The position numbers and the translations under genes are program-made. The notes under the pieces are model-generated. The model was not told the origin of the DNA and ran no database searches. It saw nothing but the letters and a program-made list of their open reading frames with translations. Below, in pieces: positions 49,490-61,619 of a stretch of 64,000 nucleotides of DNA. Within the stretch, counting starts at the first letter, position 1. Every line of letters begins with the position of its first letter. Location: the NCBI GenBank assembly GCA_030141605.1, contig JAQGDQ010000672.1:1-64000 (forward strand), in the 5' to 3' direction. This stretch comes from Tubiluchus corallicola. Lineage: Eukaryota > Animalia > Priapulida.

Positions 49490-50399
49490 AAGAACGAACA
49501 ACATTTTTAACAACTTTGCAAGGTCGCGCCCATTCGAGAGGAAATGTTTTTTTTGAGTTTTTGACGGCAGTAAAAATATTGGTGACGCTAAGCGAAAGAA
49601 TACAGCACGAGTCAAGCGAAGCGTTCCCGGGGTGTTTAAAGCGATTTAAGTTTCGCGCCATTTTAAAATCTTGTTTTCCTAATGGGTGTAAACTGACACA
49701 AGGGGGTCACTGTGTTAGAAACCGGTAATCTTGCGTGGTATTTGTGTCAAATCACCGACGGAAAACAAGGACGGAGAGTTATCTACAAGAGTAACAATGA
49801 TCAGGAAGTTTGCAAACTCGCCTGCGTAAGCCATTCTCTCATAGAGCACCGCCTTCACAGAACGGGCCACTCATTGCAGAATGTAGCAACTCAAAAGCCT
49901 TTACAAGTGAACAGTTTTACAAGCGAGGTATAAAATCGAATTTGCAAGACCGGATTTCCGCGTACGCGTGGTAAATTAAAGTTGAACGTAATTCTGGATA
50001 AAGCTGGAACAGGAAAAGTTATGCTTGGTATAGCTCTTCAATCAATCAATTTATTTCACTCCAGCAATACACATACAATACATCAACATACAATATTATT
50101 GAAACAAAAAGAAACAGTATAGGTAAAGAAAACGTTGATCAAGTCAAATTAACCAAATAAAAGAGTTGCTGTATGACACCTTGAAAGCTTGGCTTGTTAA
50201 GGTGGCACAAATGAGTGAATGAAAGATGGTTAGGATTAGTAGACATGATGGAATGGAAAAAAATAGTAAGATTAGGGATAGGAAGAAGGAAAAGAGGAGA
50301 AGAAACGACCATAGCGTATGTTTAATTTACATAGAGGTATATTAAAATAGCATTATAATTGATTGGAGGCCATATATTGCGACTGCATGAGACATGGAA

Positions 50400-51030
50400 C
50401 CATTAAAATTGTATTATAAGTATGAATCAAAAATGGTCCTTTTCAAGTACTTTTTGAAACTATAAACAGTTTTGTGTATTTTTACTTGGGCACTTATTTT
50501 ATTCCAGTTATTGGGGGCTGTGAATTTAATAAAGTGCCTAGCACTATTAGTGAAATGAAACACTCTTAAATGAAATCACATTAATAAAAGCGCTTAATGT
50601 ACCCCCAAGTCACATTAATTAAAACACTGATTTCACATGGAAATCTAAAATATTATTAAGATAATTTGTAATATATACATTATTTTGTAAAAGACGTAAG
50701 ATCATTTGTAGCAAGTTTCGGTTAGCTTACTATTAAAAACAGACAGACTGGATGAACTGACAATGTCACAACTGAGGTTATTCCATATACTACAAATTTT
50801 GTTTGAAAAATCGTATTTATACAAGTACAATCTAGAATAATTGACAAAAAGTTGATAATTTTGTTCTCGTAAAAGTGTGGTGGGAGTAAAAGTGAAGAAA
50901 TGGTCAAAATTTAAATCTGCCAGCTTATGCATGATCTTATATATTATATACCATTTTTAAATCAAAAATAATGCGCCTCATTTCGAGTGGCTGCAAACTA
51001 GTTTTAACTAATCTGCTCATATGCAGAATG
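50400..51030 (-). mobile_element. Two decayed LINE ORF2 C-terminal fragments
   Basis: FIKFTAPNNWNKIS...YSFKKYLK (~50440-50535) and KICSIWNNLSCDIVSSSSLSVFNSKL (~50720-50800). Confidence 0.55.
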
Positions 51031-52023
51031 TGTCCCTAATGGCACCAATCAAAGGCCTATAAAAGGCCTGCAGGTAAAATAACACCAAACCCTTTCAATG
51101 CACTGTGTCGTGGACTAGTTACGGGGACCAAACTGGTGCTCAGTGCTCTGGGAGATGCCTCACAACAGACCGGTGTCTTGGACCAAACTGGTGCTCAGTA
51201 CTCTAGGAGATGCCTCACAACAGACTTGTAAATATTTACAAGACAAATCACACAGTCAGTGCAATCAAAAATCACGTTTTTTATTTCAAGCAGATTTCTG
51301 GTGTTTAGAACAATTTCAAGCTAGTAACCGAATGGCGGCCATTTTACCTTGCAAAACATACCATGTAAATGAACTTATCGTTGATAACAATGCGCACAGA
51401 GGCACTGAATTTGAAAAAAACTTGAAAAATCACGCACGAACTACATCACAAATAAGACTATTGATAATTTAACCCCCCCCCCACCTCCCAAAAAAACCTG
51501 TTGTTCACTCATCGATGTCTTAAATCGGTAATCAGAAAAAGTGAAATAAGGATTTGCGGAAGTGAATTAAAAGCACAAAGAAAGAGAATGAACAACAACC
51601 GATTTTAAAAGTTTTAAATAATTAAAACTCAAGTCGTTACCCCAAACGGCAAGTGTAAAAGTTAAGAAACAAAAATGTCAGATTTCAAATGAAGACCAAA
51701 CCTGTATTTGTGCTCAAAACAAGTTTTTGCAGCAAACAAACAAATTGGCAGCCTTTCATTCACAAAGCAAACATAAAAATGTCCTTAATTTACACAGGCC
51801 TACTCATAAAATACTGATATTAATTATTGTTATTAATTAACGCTATACACGCTACTTTAGGCTAATTTAATAATCAGCTAGAAGAATTTTTATTACCCTG
51901 TTGAAAAGTTGGTAATCTTCAGGTGAGAAACTAAAAATTTTTAACCTTTCTGAGCACTGTGTATTATTCATATTCATACTCATATTCAAGCCGCTAGTCA
52001 GCATTCTAGTTTTGCATTTTTAA

Positions 52024-52567
52024 AAGAAAACCGGATGATTGTGCAAACACGAGTTCGGAATAAAGAATGCTCTAAAATATTGAAAACTACAATGGCTTTT
52101 TTAAAATCAAAGCTTAGATTAAATAATAATTACCTCGGATAATCGAGTTTTGTTAAACTTTCAAAGCTACACCTGGCTCAGCGAATCTACTAAGATTGGC
52201 AACAACACCTTTTTGTCACATCCGCGTGGAAGAAAAATAGAAGGCACTACATTGATAACCATGATCATGAACTGCTGTGTTAGTTTCTGACGTCATATGA
52301 TGTAGAACCCATTTTTCGTGACATCACGCGTTTAAGCAGATGTGTCAAACTTATGCAAACTTGTTTGACGCACAAGAGAAGATGCCTGCCATTGCACAAA
52401 CTGTGGTTAGTTTCTGATGTAAGCATTAACTGTGTTCAGTCACTGTTAACTTTTAAGCTAATTATTCAAATATAAGAAACAATTCGTAACTTTTAGAGGC
52501 AAGAAAATGTACATGTTGGACAGTAAATTAAAACGAGATTGTGTCCAAAAAATCGTCCGGTTTTCCT
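52024..52567. mobile_element. Kolobok-like family A, copy 3 (inverted)
   Basis: ttaa|AAGAAAACCGGATGATTG ... AATCGTCCGGTTTTCC; reverse-complement of copies 1 and 2. Confidence 0.7.
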
Positions 52568-52748
52568 TGAAAAATACAGAGAGTTCAAAGAATTCCAAGA
52601 ATGCTAAGCATCTTAAGTACCTGCCCACATTTTAACCGGTCGTAAATTTTACATTCAAGGCAGTAATGCCAACTGAACAATTTCCGCCAGGTTTATCATG
52701 TAATAAAATATCTATAAAAATTAAAATATTTATATATATACAACTTAC

Positions 52749-53096
52749 CTGTTAATATCTAAAGGACGACTTCGCTTGCTACCTGCATGCGGCGAAGGGC
52801 CATTAATTTCCGGAGTGAAAGGGTTAACATTTGCTAGCAGACGATCCTCCGACCTCCTCTCCGGTTTCTCTCGTTTTGTGGACGCCCTCCGTAGTAGAGA
52901 TTTGGGAGTGTGGGGGGTGTCGAAAAGTCGTAGAGCGCGTAGCTTGCGGTGTGGCGGGGTTCCACCCACCGATTTGCCGTTCGGGCTGTTGCCGAGGTTG
53001 CCTTCGTCGCTATTTCGTCCGCTGTCCTCCCCATCAGCATCAATACAAGCATCTGTGGTGAGCAACGAGGTATTCCTTTGCCGAAATTTGCTGCAT
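52749..53096 (-). CDS. WEE1: Wee1 kinase exon 2 (regulatory region)
   Basis: tttttag / gtaagt; TPPHRKLRALRLFDTPHTPKSLL (Wee-box region) and ANVNPFTP, both conserved in metazoan Wee1. Confidence 0.95.
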
Positions 53097-54357
53097 CTAA
53101 AAATATAAAGGCACCGATATTAATTATGATATCATACACGGAGCAAAAATTCACTAACTTAAAATCAGTGATAAACATTTTAATGTAATATACACTTCAT
53201 CTTAGTAAATTGTACTAGATTTTAGTTGCATAAATAAAGACATAAATTCAATTTCACGTAATTATAGACTTGATTATTAGTATATAATAAGTATTACAAG
53301 TATAATTGATTTATATGTACTTATTAGTTTTCTTTTTGATCAGTTTAAATTTTCCATTTTGCTTGCTAATTTAAATTTTCTCTTCTCATAGCCAAATTTA
53401 TTTACTGTTTCTAAATTCAAACTCATTTGAACTTGCTGCCTCATTTATTTTTTTTTATTTTGTTAATTTGCTGATTATTCTCATTTGTACATGCCTGACT
53501 TGACAGGTCACTTAATTCTCTTCAGTTTGGATAGGGGTGGTTGACTCGGTGACCCTTGATCTTTTCGCCACCCCGTCTCTTTTCCGTCTTTATTTTAGTT
53601 TTGAGCTTTTGTTTATGTTTATTTTTATTTTGTAACATTCAGAGACAAATTTTTTATACTAACTAACTTACTAACTAAAGTAATTTGAAAGCACTAAAGT
53701 TTTTTAATTCACTAAATTACAAAAAAGTCTGCATAATTTATGAATTTAATCATATTAAAATTTACAAAATTCGATAATTTAAGTTTAATTATAATACTGC
53801 AATACCCACAAACACGTAACATCCACCATTAATAAATTTTATAATCTTCAAAATTAAAAATATTCATATTTCATTGTATTCTTGATTAGGGCTGATTCAT
53901 TGGATGGTTACTTTTGGTTCCCAATTACTTTTACTAATAGTCACTAATAAAATTATTAAACAGCTGCTCGGAACACGTTCAGCAATTTATTTTACGTACA
54001 ACTGAGCTAGTATTTATATGGGCAATTCTACAAAAAACGTTATAATTTTGTAAAAAACCTGGCCTAAAAATAATAAAATTAATTATACTGAAAAGTACGG
54101 ATATTACTTTAATTAGTATTATTAGCCGCAGTAATTTACGATAGCCAGAATTTATTGTCTAAAACTTCAAAAGTAATTAAGTTAATTATAATGAAACGTA
54201 CAGTTATCACTTTAATTATTTTTAAGTTAATGAGCAATCAGTATGCGTAGTTCATCCTAGCAACCAGAGCATACGTCAGTAATACTAACTATAGTAACGG
54301 TGTAGCCTACTGTACTTACAAAGTAATTTAAATGCTAAGATTTCACAATTTCCCTAC

Positions 54358-54623
54358 CGTGCAGAAAGCCTTGATTTTCTTGGACTTTTAATAAACGAGA
54401 AGTTTCTAGATACGTTGTTATGTCTGTCATTTTCTAAGTATTCCATAGATGTATCCAAATCTGTCCCGGAACTGATTGAAAACGCTGTATCATTGGGTCC
54501 ATCTTGGAAACCAGGGTCTGCGTCTTCTTCCTCATCGGAAAAGCTCAACCTTTGGACGATCTCATCTTCTTCGTAACCATCAGAACCCAAGTGAAATTCA
54601 TCTTGTCGTCTGAATAAAGACAT
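54358..54623 (-). CDS. WEE1: Wee1 kinase exon 1
   Basis: ATG at 54623; MSLFRRQDEF...IVQRLSFSDEEED...; gtaggg donor, phase 2 matches exon 2. Confidence 0.85.
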
Positions 54624-54739
54624 GATGCACTTGTTGAAAGTACTTCGTGCAACTAGTAGCACACCGTGTAGGTATAAATCGACTAAACGTAATCAAACAC
54701 ACAGCGATAAACATTGCTAAACCACGCCGCAATCTTTTT

Positions 54740-55070
54740 AACGTGGCGCGACCGTTGGTCACATGATAGTAGGCAACCAATCGCGGCGTAGTTGCTGACG
54801 TCAGTATTTACTTTACGAGGCGCTTCGTAAAACTGGTTTTGTCGGATATTTCTAGCCGGCTTAGCATGTTTACGTTGTTATTGTTTCAGATTTACAAAAG
54901 CAGTAATCGAGATTTCTACTTAGATCATTACTGTAGCTAAAGGTGGCTGCGCTAATAAAAGAACTTTAGCGAATAAGTCAAAACTTTAGAAAATAAATGA
55001 TGACAACTTATAAAATTACTATGTACCTAGTTTTACGACAACACGCGGGAAAATTTGGCGGGAACGTGGC
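54740..55070. promoter_or_regulatory. Putative Wee1 promoter (CCAAT, CRE, tandem E2F-like sites)
   Basis: CCAAT 54777-54781; TGACGTCA 54796-54803; GCGGGAAA 55045-55052 and TTTGGCGG 55054-55061; locally CpG-rich. Confidence 0.55.
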
Positions 55071-55299
55071 TCTTCGCGTGGCTTGTGACGCTATAGTGTT
55101 TGCGTGGGAGCACGTATGAAATCCAGGGCCGAATTACAGCGTCTCACTTTCGCCCGTCCCAGTTATATATTTTAATTATATACGTATTGCACTAAGAGTG
55201 CCACTGTGCAACCCAGAAATACACCGTTTTATAGTAATGCAACTAACTACAGTATGTCTTAAGAAATCGACATAATGTTGATTATGTTGTGTTCATTCT

Positions 55300-55705
55300 A
55301 GACTTCCAAAAAATATTTTGCCTTTCAAGTCTGGAATTCTCTACCATTACAGGTTAAACAAATCAGCATTATCCCTATCAGCATTTAAAACAAAATTAAA
55401 ATCACTAATATCAACCAGATATGAAATACCATCACACCAGTACGACAACATACACACTAATTCAGAATTTATATATCCACGGCCATGTTAATTACATCAT
55501 ACTTTTTCATTTTTTTGTGCATAGTTGTAAATATGTTTGATTTTATTCGTCGTTACTTTCCATTACTGCATAGTAGTTTAGATTGCACTGACGCATTTGC
55601 CTTTAGCAGTGTAAGTTTTTATTAACTAACACTGATCGATCATCTTTGTAAAGTTTTTATCAGTGATTAGCAATGTATTTTAATGGCGAATAAAGATTAT
55701 TATAT
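55300..55705 (+). mobile_element. Decayed LINE 3' end
   Basis: VWNSLPLQVKQI motif, then a UTR distantly similar to 13480-13950, ending in AATAAA plus microsatellite. Confidence 0.55.
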
Positions 55706-55734
55706 ATCTCTCTCTATCTCTCTCTCTCTCTCTG

Positions 55735-55789
<55 letters not shown>

Positions 55790-55910
55790 AACTCCCTCCC
55801 TCTTTCTCTCTCCCCCCCTCTCTCTCTCTGTCTCTCTTACTCTTTCTATCTCCCATTTTGCGCGCTCTCTCTCTCTTTCTTTCTCTTTCTCCCTCTTCCT
55901 CCCACCTTCC
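55706..55910. repeat. (CT)n pyrimidine-rich microsatellite
   Basis: Direct reading. Confidence 0.95.
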
Positions 55911-56970
55911 CTATTGTACAATACCAATTTAAAGCTGCTGATTTTTTAGAAACTGTCCTTTGCATATTTTCTTGCATACAACTGTGGTACGCTAACGCAT
56001 CGCAAACAGTTAAAAACAGTTATAGACTCATTTAAAAGAAAAGTCGTCCATGTTACGTACGAATAAAACTCTCGAAATCAAATGTGCATCTAATGATGGA
56101 CCTTTAGAGGTTTTTTCTCAATGTATTTTTGGGCTAATCGCTTGCAAATAACTCTATAAACCAGCTCATTTCGCCGTGGTACCGGTCTTGCTGTTTATGT
56201 AATACAAAACTCTATTCACTTTCTCATTGCATGGTAAAACCAATGCTTACTAACTTTTTACAAAAATCTGGATCCTGTGATATCCACAAACACACTTCTG
56301 TTAATAACTACTTTATTACAATCATTTCGGAAGCACTAAGTGCGTTCGCGCATTATTAATCATCTGTAGATGGATTTATTTGCATTTTACATTGTTTCAG
56401 CTTTGGGCAAAATATTTTTCTTGTTGCTGTTGTTTTGTGGTATGCTGTTGGTAGTGTGGGGTTGGGGGGGGGGTGTTAATATTGTGACGTCACAGATTGA
56501 ACACCAGTGCAAACTAATCGTTGACTGACTTGAAAGAACCGACGGAACCATCCGAATCATAGTATGTTACAAGGCCTGCGCATTTTCCTAATGGGTGTTC
56601 TTAATATTTTTCTCAAAATTTCTTAATAATTTTCTCAACGGACTTGTTCGGTTTTGCTCGGAACACAGAGTGTCGAATTCCATACATGTTGTGACGGAAA
56701 CGCGAAAAGAATTTCCTTCATAGCATATGGTGTTCTCAGAAATCTTTATTTCTGTATATAAAAAATGAAAATAATAAATTTGACTGCTTTTGCTGCTTGC
56801 AAACGTATGAAATTATTATAATTTAAGACAATAAAAATAAATATTACTCTATAACAACTTAATACATCCTTGGAACGTCATTCTAGTTTACAGCAAATCT
56901 GGTAAAGACGCTACAAATAATTACTTGAAAATTTATCTAAACATTATTTAACGTTTAGTGATACTTCTGT

Positions 56971-58155
56971 AAGCGTGTTTATTGAGGTTCAACCTATTTT
57001 ACAACTTCACAGGTAAAATTACAGGTAAGTTCACATAGGTGCTGCCACCTACATGTTAAGACCAAAAACGTGTTTATTGAGGTTCAACCTAATTTACAAC
57101 TTCACAGGTAAAATTACAGGTAAGTTCACATAGGTGCTGCCACCTACATGTTAAGACCAGAAACGTGTTTATTGAGGTTCAACCTAATTTACAACTTCAC
57201 AGGTAAAATTACAGGTAAGTTCACATAGGTGCTGCCACCTACATGTTAAGACCAGAAACGTGTTTATTGAGGTTCAACCTAATTTACAACTTCACAAGTA
57301 AAATTGCAGGTAAGTTCACATAGGTGCTGCCACCTACATGTTAAGACCAGAAACGTGTTTATTGAGGTTCAACCTAATTTACAACTTTACAGGTAAAATT
57401 ACAGGTAAGTTCACATAGGTGCTGCCACCTACATGTTAAGACCAGAAACGTGTTTATTGAGGTTCAACCTAATTTACAACTTCACAAGTAAAATTGCAGG
57501 TAAGTTCACATAGGTACTGCCACCTACATGTTAAGACCAGAAACGTGTTTATTGAGGTTCAACCTAATTTACAACTTCACAGGTAAAATTACAGGTAAGT
57601 TCACATAGGTGCTGCCACCTACATGTTAAGACCAGAAACGTGTTTATTGAGGTTCAACCTAATTTACAACTTCACAAGTAAAATTGCAGGTAAGTTCACA
57701 TAGGTGCTGCCACCTACATGTTAAGACCAGAAACGTGTTTATTGAGGTTCAACCTAATTTACAACTTCACAGGTAAAATTACAGGTAAGTTCACATAGGT
57801 GCTGCCACCTACATGTTAAGACCAGAAACGTGTTTATTGAGGTTCAACCTAATTTACAACTTCACAAGTAAAATTGCAGGTAAGTTGTAGTTCACATAGG
57901 TGCTGCCACCTACATGTTAAGACCAGAAACGTGTTTATTGAGGTTCAACCTAATTTACAACTTCACAAGTAAAATTGCAGGTAAGTTCACATAGGTGCTG
58001 CCACCTACATGTTAAGACCAGAAACGTGTTTATTGAGGTTCAACCTAATTTACAACTTCACAGGTAAAATTACAGGTAAGTTCACATAGGTGCTGCCATC
58101 TAAATGTTAAGACCAGAAACGTGTTTGTTGAGGTTCAACCTAATTTACAACTTCA
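56971..58155. repeat. 95-bp minisatellite, 12 full copies plus a partial, with A/B alternation
   Basis: CGTGTTTATTGAGG at 56974, 57069, 57164 and onward; each unit contains CAGGTAAGT. Confidence 0.95.
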
Positions 58156-58163
58156 ACTACAAC

Positions 58164-59405
58164 TTACAACTGGTGCCATAGAGTATGCTGCCAGTTGCTA
58201 AGACTCCAGTTGTTCTCAGATGCATGCATCCCAAGCCTGTAGATACACTTGGAACTGGAGGCATAGAGTATGCTGCCAGTTGCCAAGACTCCAGTTGTTC
58301 TCAGTTGCTTTGCATCGAAAGCCTGCAGATACACTTGGAACTGGTGGCATAGAGTATGCTGCCAGTTGCCAAGACTCCAGTTGTTGTCAGTTGCTTTGCA
58401 TCGAAAGCCTGCAGATACACTTGGAACTGGTGGCATAGAGTATGCTGCCAGTTGCCAAGACTCCAGTTGTTCTCAGTTGCTTTGCATCGCAAACCTTGAG
58501 ATACACTTGGAACGTGTGCCATAGAGTATGCTGCCAGTTGCCAAGACTCCAGTTGTTCTCAGTTTGCTTTGCATCGCAAGCCTGGAGATACACTTGGAAC
58601 TGGTGGCATAGAGTATGCTGCCAGTTGCCAAGACTCCAGTTGTTCTCAGTTGCATTGCATCGAAAGCCTGCAGATACACTTGGAACTGGTGGCATAGAGT
58701 ATGCTGCCAGTTGCCAAGACTCCAGTTGTTCTCAGTTGCTTTGCATCCCAAGCCTGCAGATACACTTGGAACTGGTGGCATAGAGTACGCTGCCAGTTGC
58801 CAAGACTCCAGTTGTTCTCAGTTGCTTTGCATCGCAAGCCTGCAGATACACTTGGAACTGGTGGCATAGAGTATGCTGCCAGTTGCCAAGACTCCAGTTG
58901 TTCTCAGTTGCTTTGCATCGCAAGCCTGCAGATACACTTGGAACTGGTGCCATAGAGTATGCTGCCAGTTGCCAAGACTCCAGTTGTTCTCAGTTGCTTT
59001 GCATCGCAAGCCTGTAGATACACTTGGAACTGGTGCCATAACGTATGCTGCCAGTTGCTAAGACTCCAGTTGCTCTCAGTTGCTTTGCATTGCAAGCCTG
59101 CAGATACACTTGGAACTGGTGCCATAGAGTATGCTGCCAGTTGCCAAGACTCCAGTTGTTCTCAGTTGCTTTGCATCCCAAGCCTGCAGATACACTTGGA
59201 ACTGGTGCCATAGAGTATGCTGCCAGTTGCCAAGACTCCAGTTGTTCTCAGTTGCTTTGCATCGCAAGTCTGAAGATACACTTGGAACTGGTGCCATAGA
59301 GTATGCTGCCAGTTGTTCTCAGTTGCTTTGCATTGCAAGCCTGCAGATACAGTTGAAACTGGTGTCATAGAGTATGCTGCCAGTTGTTCTCAGTTGCTTT
59401 GCATC
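58164..59405. repeat. 86-bp minisatellite, ~14 copies
   Basis: Unit GGCATAGAGTATGCTGCCAGTTGCCAAGACTCCAGTTGTTCTCAGTTGCTTTGCATCGAAAGCCTGCAGATACACTTGGAACTGGT. Confidence 0.95.
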
Positions 59406-60124
59406 ACAAGGTCGATCTAAGCCTGCTTTAAGCTAGTCTTTATTCTGTAAGATGCAATCAGGTTAATTAATCAGTCAAAGCAGACAGGCAGTTATTGGTT
59501 TCTACTGAGTCGAGTTAGTATACATGCTATTTATCTTTCACACCGTCTAGATCCATTACGAGACTGTGTAGGTTGTGTTCGTGCTCATTAATTTCATAAA
59601 TGCTAACATTAATCTACAAGCAGCAAGTCTTAACATGATTTTTATGTAGCTCACACATGTATCCTGTTTTTCAGAATACGATGGTAGAGTTTGGACTGAC
59701 GTACCAGGTCCTGGTAGAACTATGGCTGCGCTCTGGAACCCGCTGTCTTAAATTTGTTATTTGAAATGTCTATTTTATTCTAAGTTTTTATTATTTAAAA
59801 TGCCTATGTTATTCTAAGTTTTTGTTATTTAAAATGTTTAGTTTATTCTAAGTTTTTGTTATTTAAAATGTCTTTTGCTTAGTTATTGAAGAGTGTGCTA
59901 CGATTGCTCTGTTAGTTTTTCCAATTTTACCAATGTTATCCAAACTTGTTTTAAACGAGTTACCGTCAAAATGGTTGCGCTTAACGGTTTTTGCGAGAGT
60001 TTTAATTTACAAGTTTCATGCAGCGTTACTGCTGGTGCAAGCCCAGTGTGCAATAACATAATATATAAGTGATATAAAATTTCGAGACGATTTTTTAAGC
60101 TTTCTGTAAAGGGTTTTCTTGTGC

Positions 60125-60734
60125 TTAAAGGAAAACTAGACCAAATCTTAAACTATAAGTCAAAACAATCTACTCTTTAAAATATTGAAAGAAAACATCT
60201 ATATTCAAGAATGACTTACGTGAAAGAATTATTACCACACAAACAAAATTTCACGTTCGCGCCACTAGTTCTTCGCTGTTACGTGCATTTCGTCATTTGC
60301 TAGTTAGACGGGCACTAGCGCGTGCATTCCGGAAACACATTACACAAAAACAGGTGCTGTACCACTCAGCTAAGATGTATTAGTTTGTGACGTAGTGCGC
60401 ACGTTCGCCAGCTCATGTGTGAGCACAGCGGTATATTTGAAATTTTATCTTAAAGCTTGCCTAGTTTTAGTACAAAACGCTGATTCTCTTGCAGTAGCAC
60501 TGTTCTTCAATCTTCACTTGCGAAACACTGACAACACGCTCGTGGAATAGTTTTGTTGCTGAAAATTGTGTTCGTTTGTGATGTCATCAATAGTTGGGCT
60601 CGCCCGCCGTCAACTAAGATGTTAATTTATTATTTAACTATCGCATTTTGCAGTATTATTGGTGTCAAAAAGGTGTACTTTTTACCGTACTTAGAAATGG
60701 AGTAGTATACGAAAAATCATCCTGTCTTCGTTTA
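60125..60734. mobile_element. Family C TTAA-flanked element (Kolobok-like), uninterrupted copy
   Basis: Starts ttaa|AGGAAAACTAGAC and ends AAAAATCATCCTGTCTTC; aligns with 12050-12642 joined to 13381-13407. Confidence 0.65.
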
Positions 60735-60835
60735 TAGTATGCAGCAGTCCCTCAACACGTCACAGACAGGTAAACAGTCAAGAAACTAAAGGGCACTAGA
60801 CATTTTTCACCTGAAAATCTTGTGTTTTTAACATT

Positions 60836-60946
60836 GGTAGGATTGGAGACTGGAAAAACTGCTATTCAGAGGAGCTAAGCAAAATAGCCGACATGCTGTA
60901 TGAGCAGAACTTTGGTGGAACAGGACTGCAGCATGAATTTGAGTAA
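60836..60946 (+). pseudogene. Orphan terminal exon of a cytosolic sulfotransferase
   Basis: GRIGDWKNCYSEELSKIADMLYEQNFGGTGLQHEFE* matches the SULT C-terminal (RK)GxxGDWKN...GLxFxxE motif; no other SULT exons recognised. Confidence 0.65.
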
Positions 60947-61619
60947 GAGTATCGAACAATGGAAGCTGCGAAATGGCAATATTTATTTGACACTGTGATG
61001 TAAAAACTATAGAGATACTTTTATAAGTTACTTGTAAACTTATAGTCTATTTGCACGTTAAATAAATTTAGTTTAAAAAAAACTAGACTTGAACAAGAAA
61101 ATTATCAAAGTGAGAGTAGAGAGTATCGTGTCTAGTAGTAAGGCATAGCCATAGGTAACTAAAAAAAATCGTTATTAGTACAGATATGAACGCTAGCACA
61201 CCACAAGCAGATATCGATGCCAGTGCTATATAATGTGTTTTGCTCAATATGTTTTATTTATTTGATTCTATGGAAATGTGTTTCATTATACGGCAAAAAG
61301 ACAATAAATTTCATGGACATTATTGCCTACCGGTTTCGAAAACTGTTCATTATCAACGCATCTAAAACAATGCACAGTTTTGTTCGAAAATGGTCGGTAA
61401 TAAATTGCATTGTGACGTAGTTACGTTCATCTGCCAAATATGGATAATTCAATAAACTTTATACTGAACTTTCATCTCTTGTCAATTTACATATGATTTT
61501 TGTGTTAGGATTATCCTGAATGAATATTTTAGAACATTGAATAACGCAAAACATCAGTTCAGTACCTTCAGTTTTTTTTACGTGGACTTCACTTGATTAT
61601 GCAGTAGTCTGTGTGCAGA

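Noticed and set aside
57030-58100. CTCF-like TAGGTGGCAGCA in each 95-bp unit
   Set aside because: The 5' CCAC half of the motif is missing, so the match is only partial
58164-59370. Many 70-110 aa Cys/Trp-rich ORFs
   Set aside because: 86-bp unit is not a multiple of 3 and hits a stop every third unit; no symmetric splice pattern found
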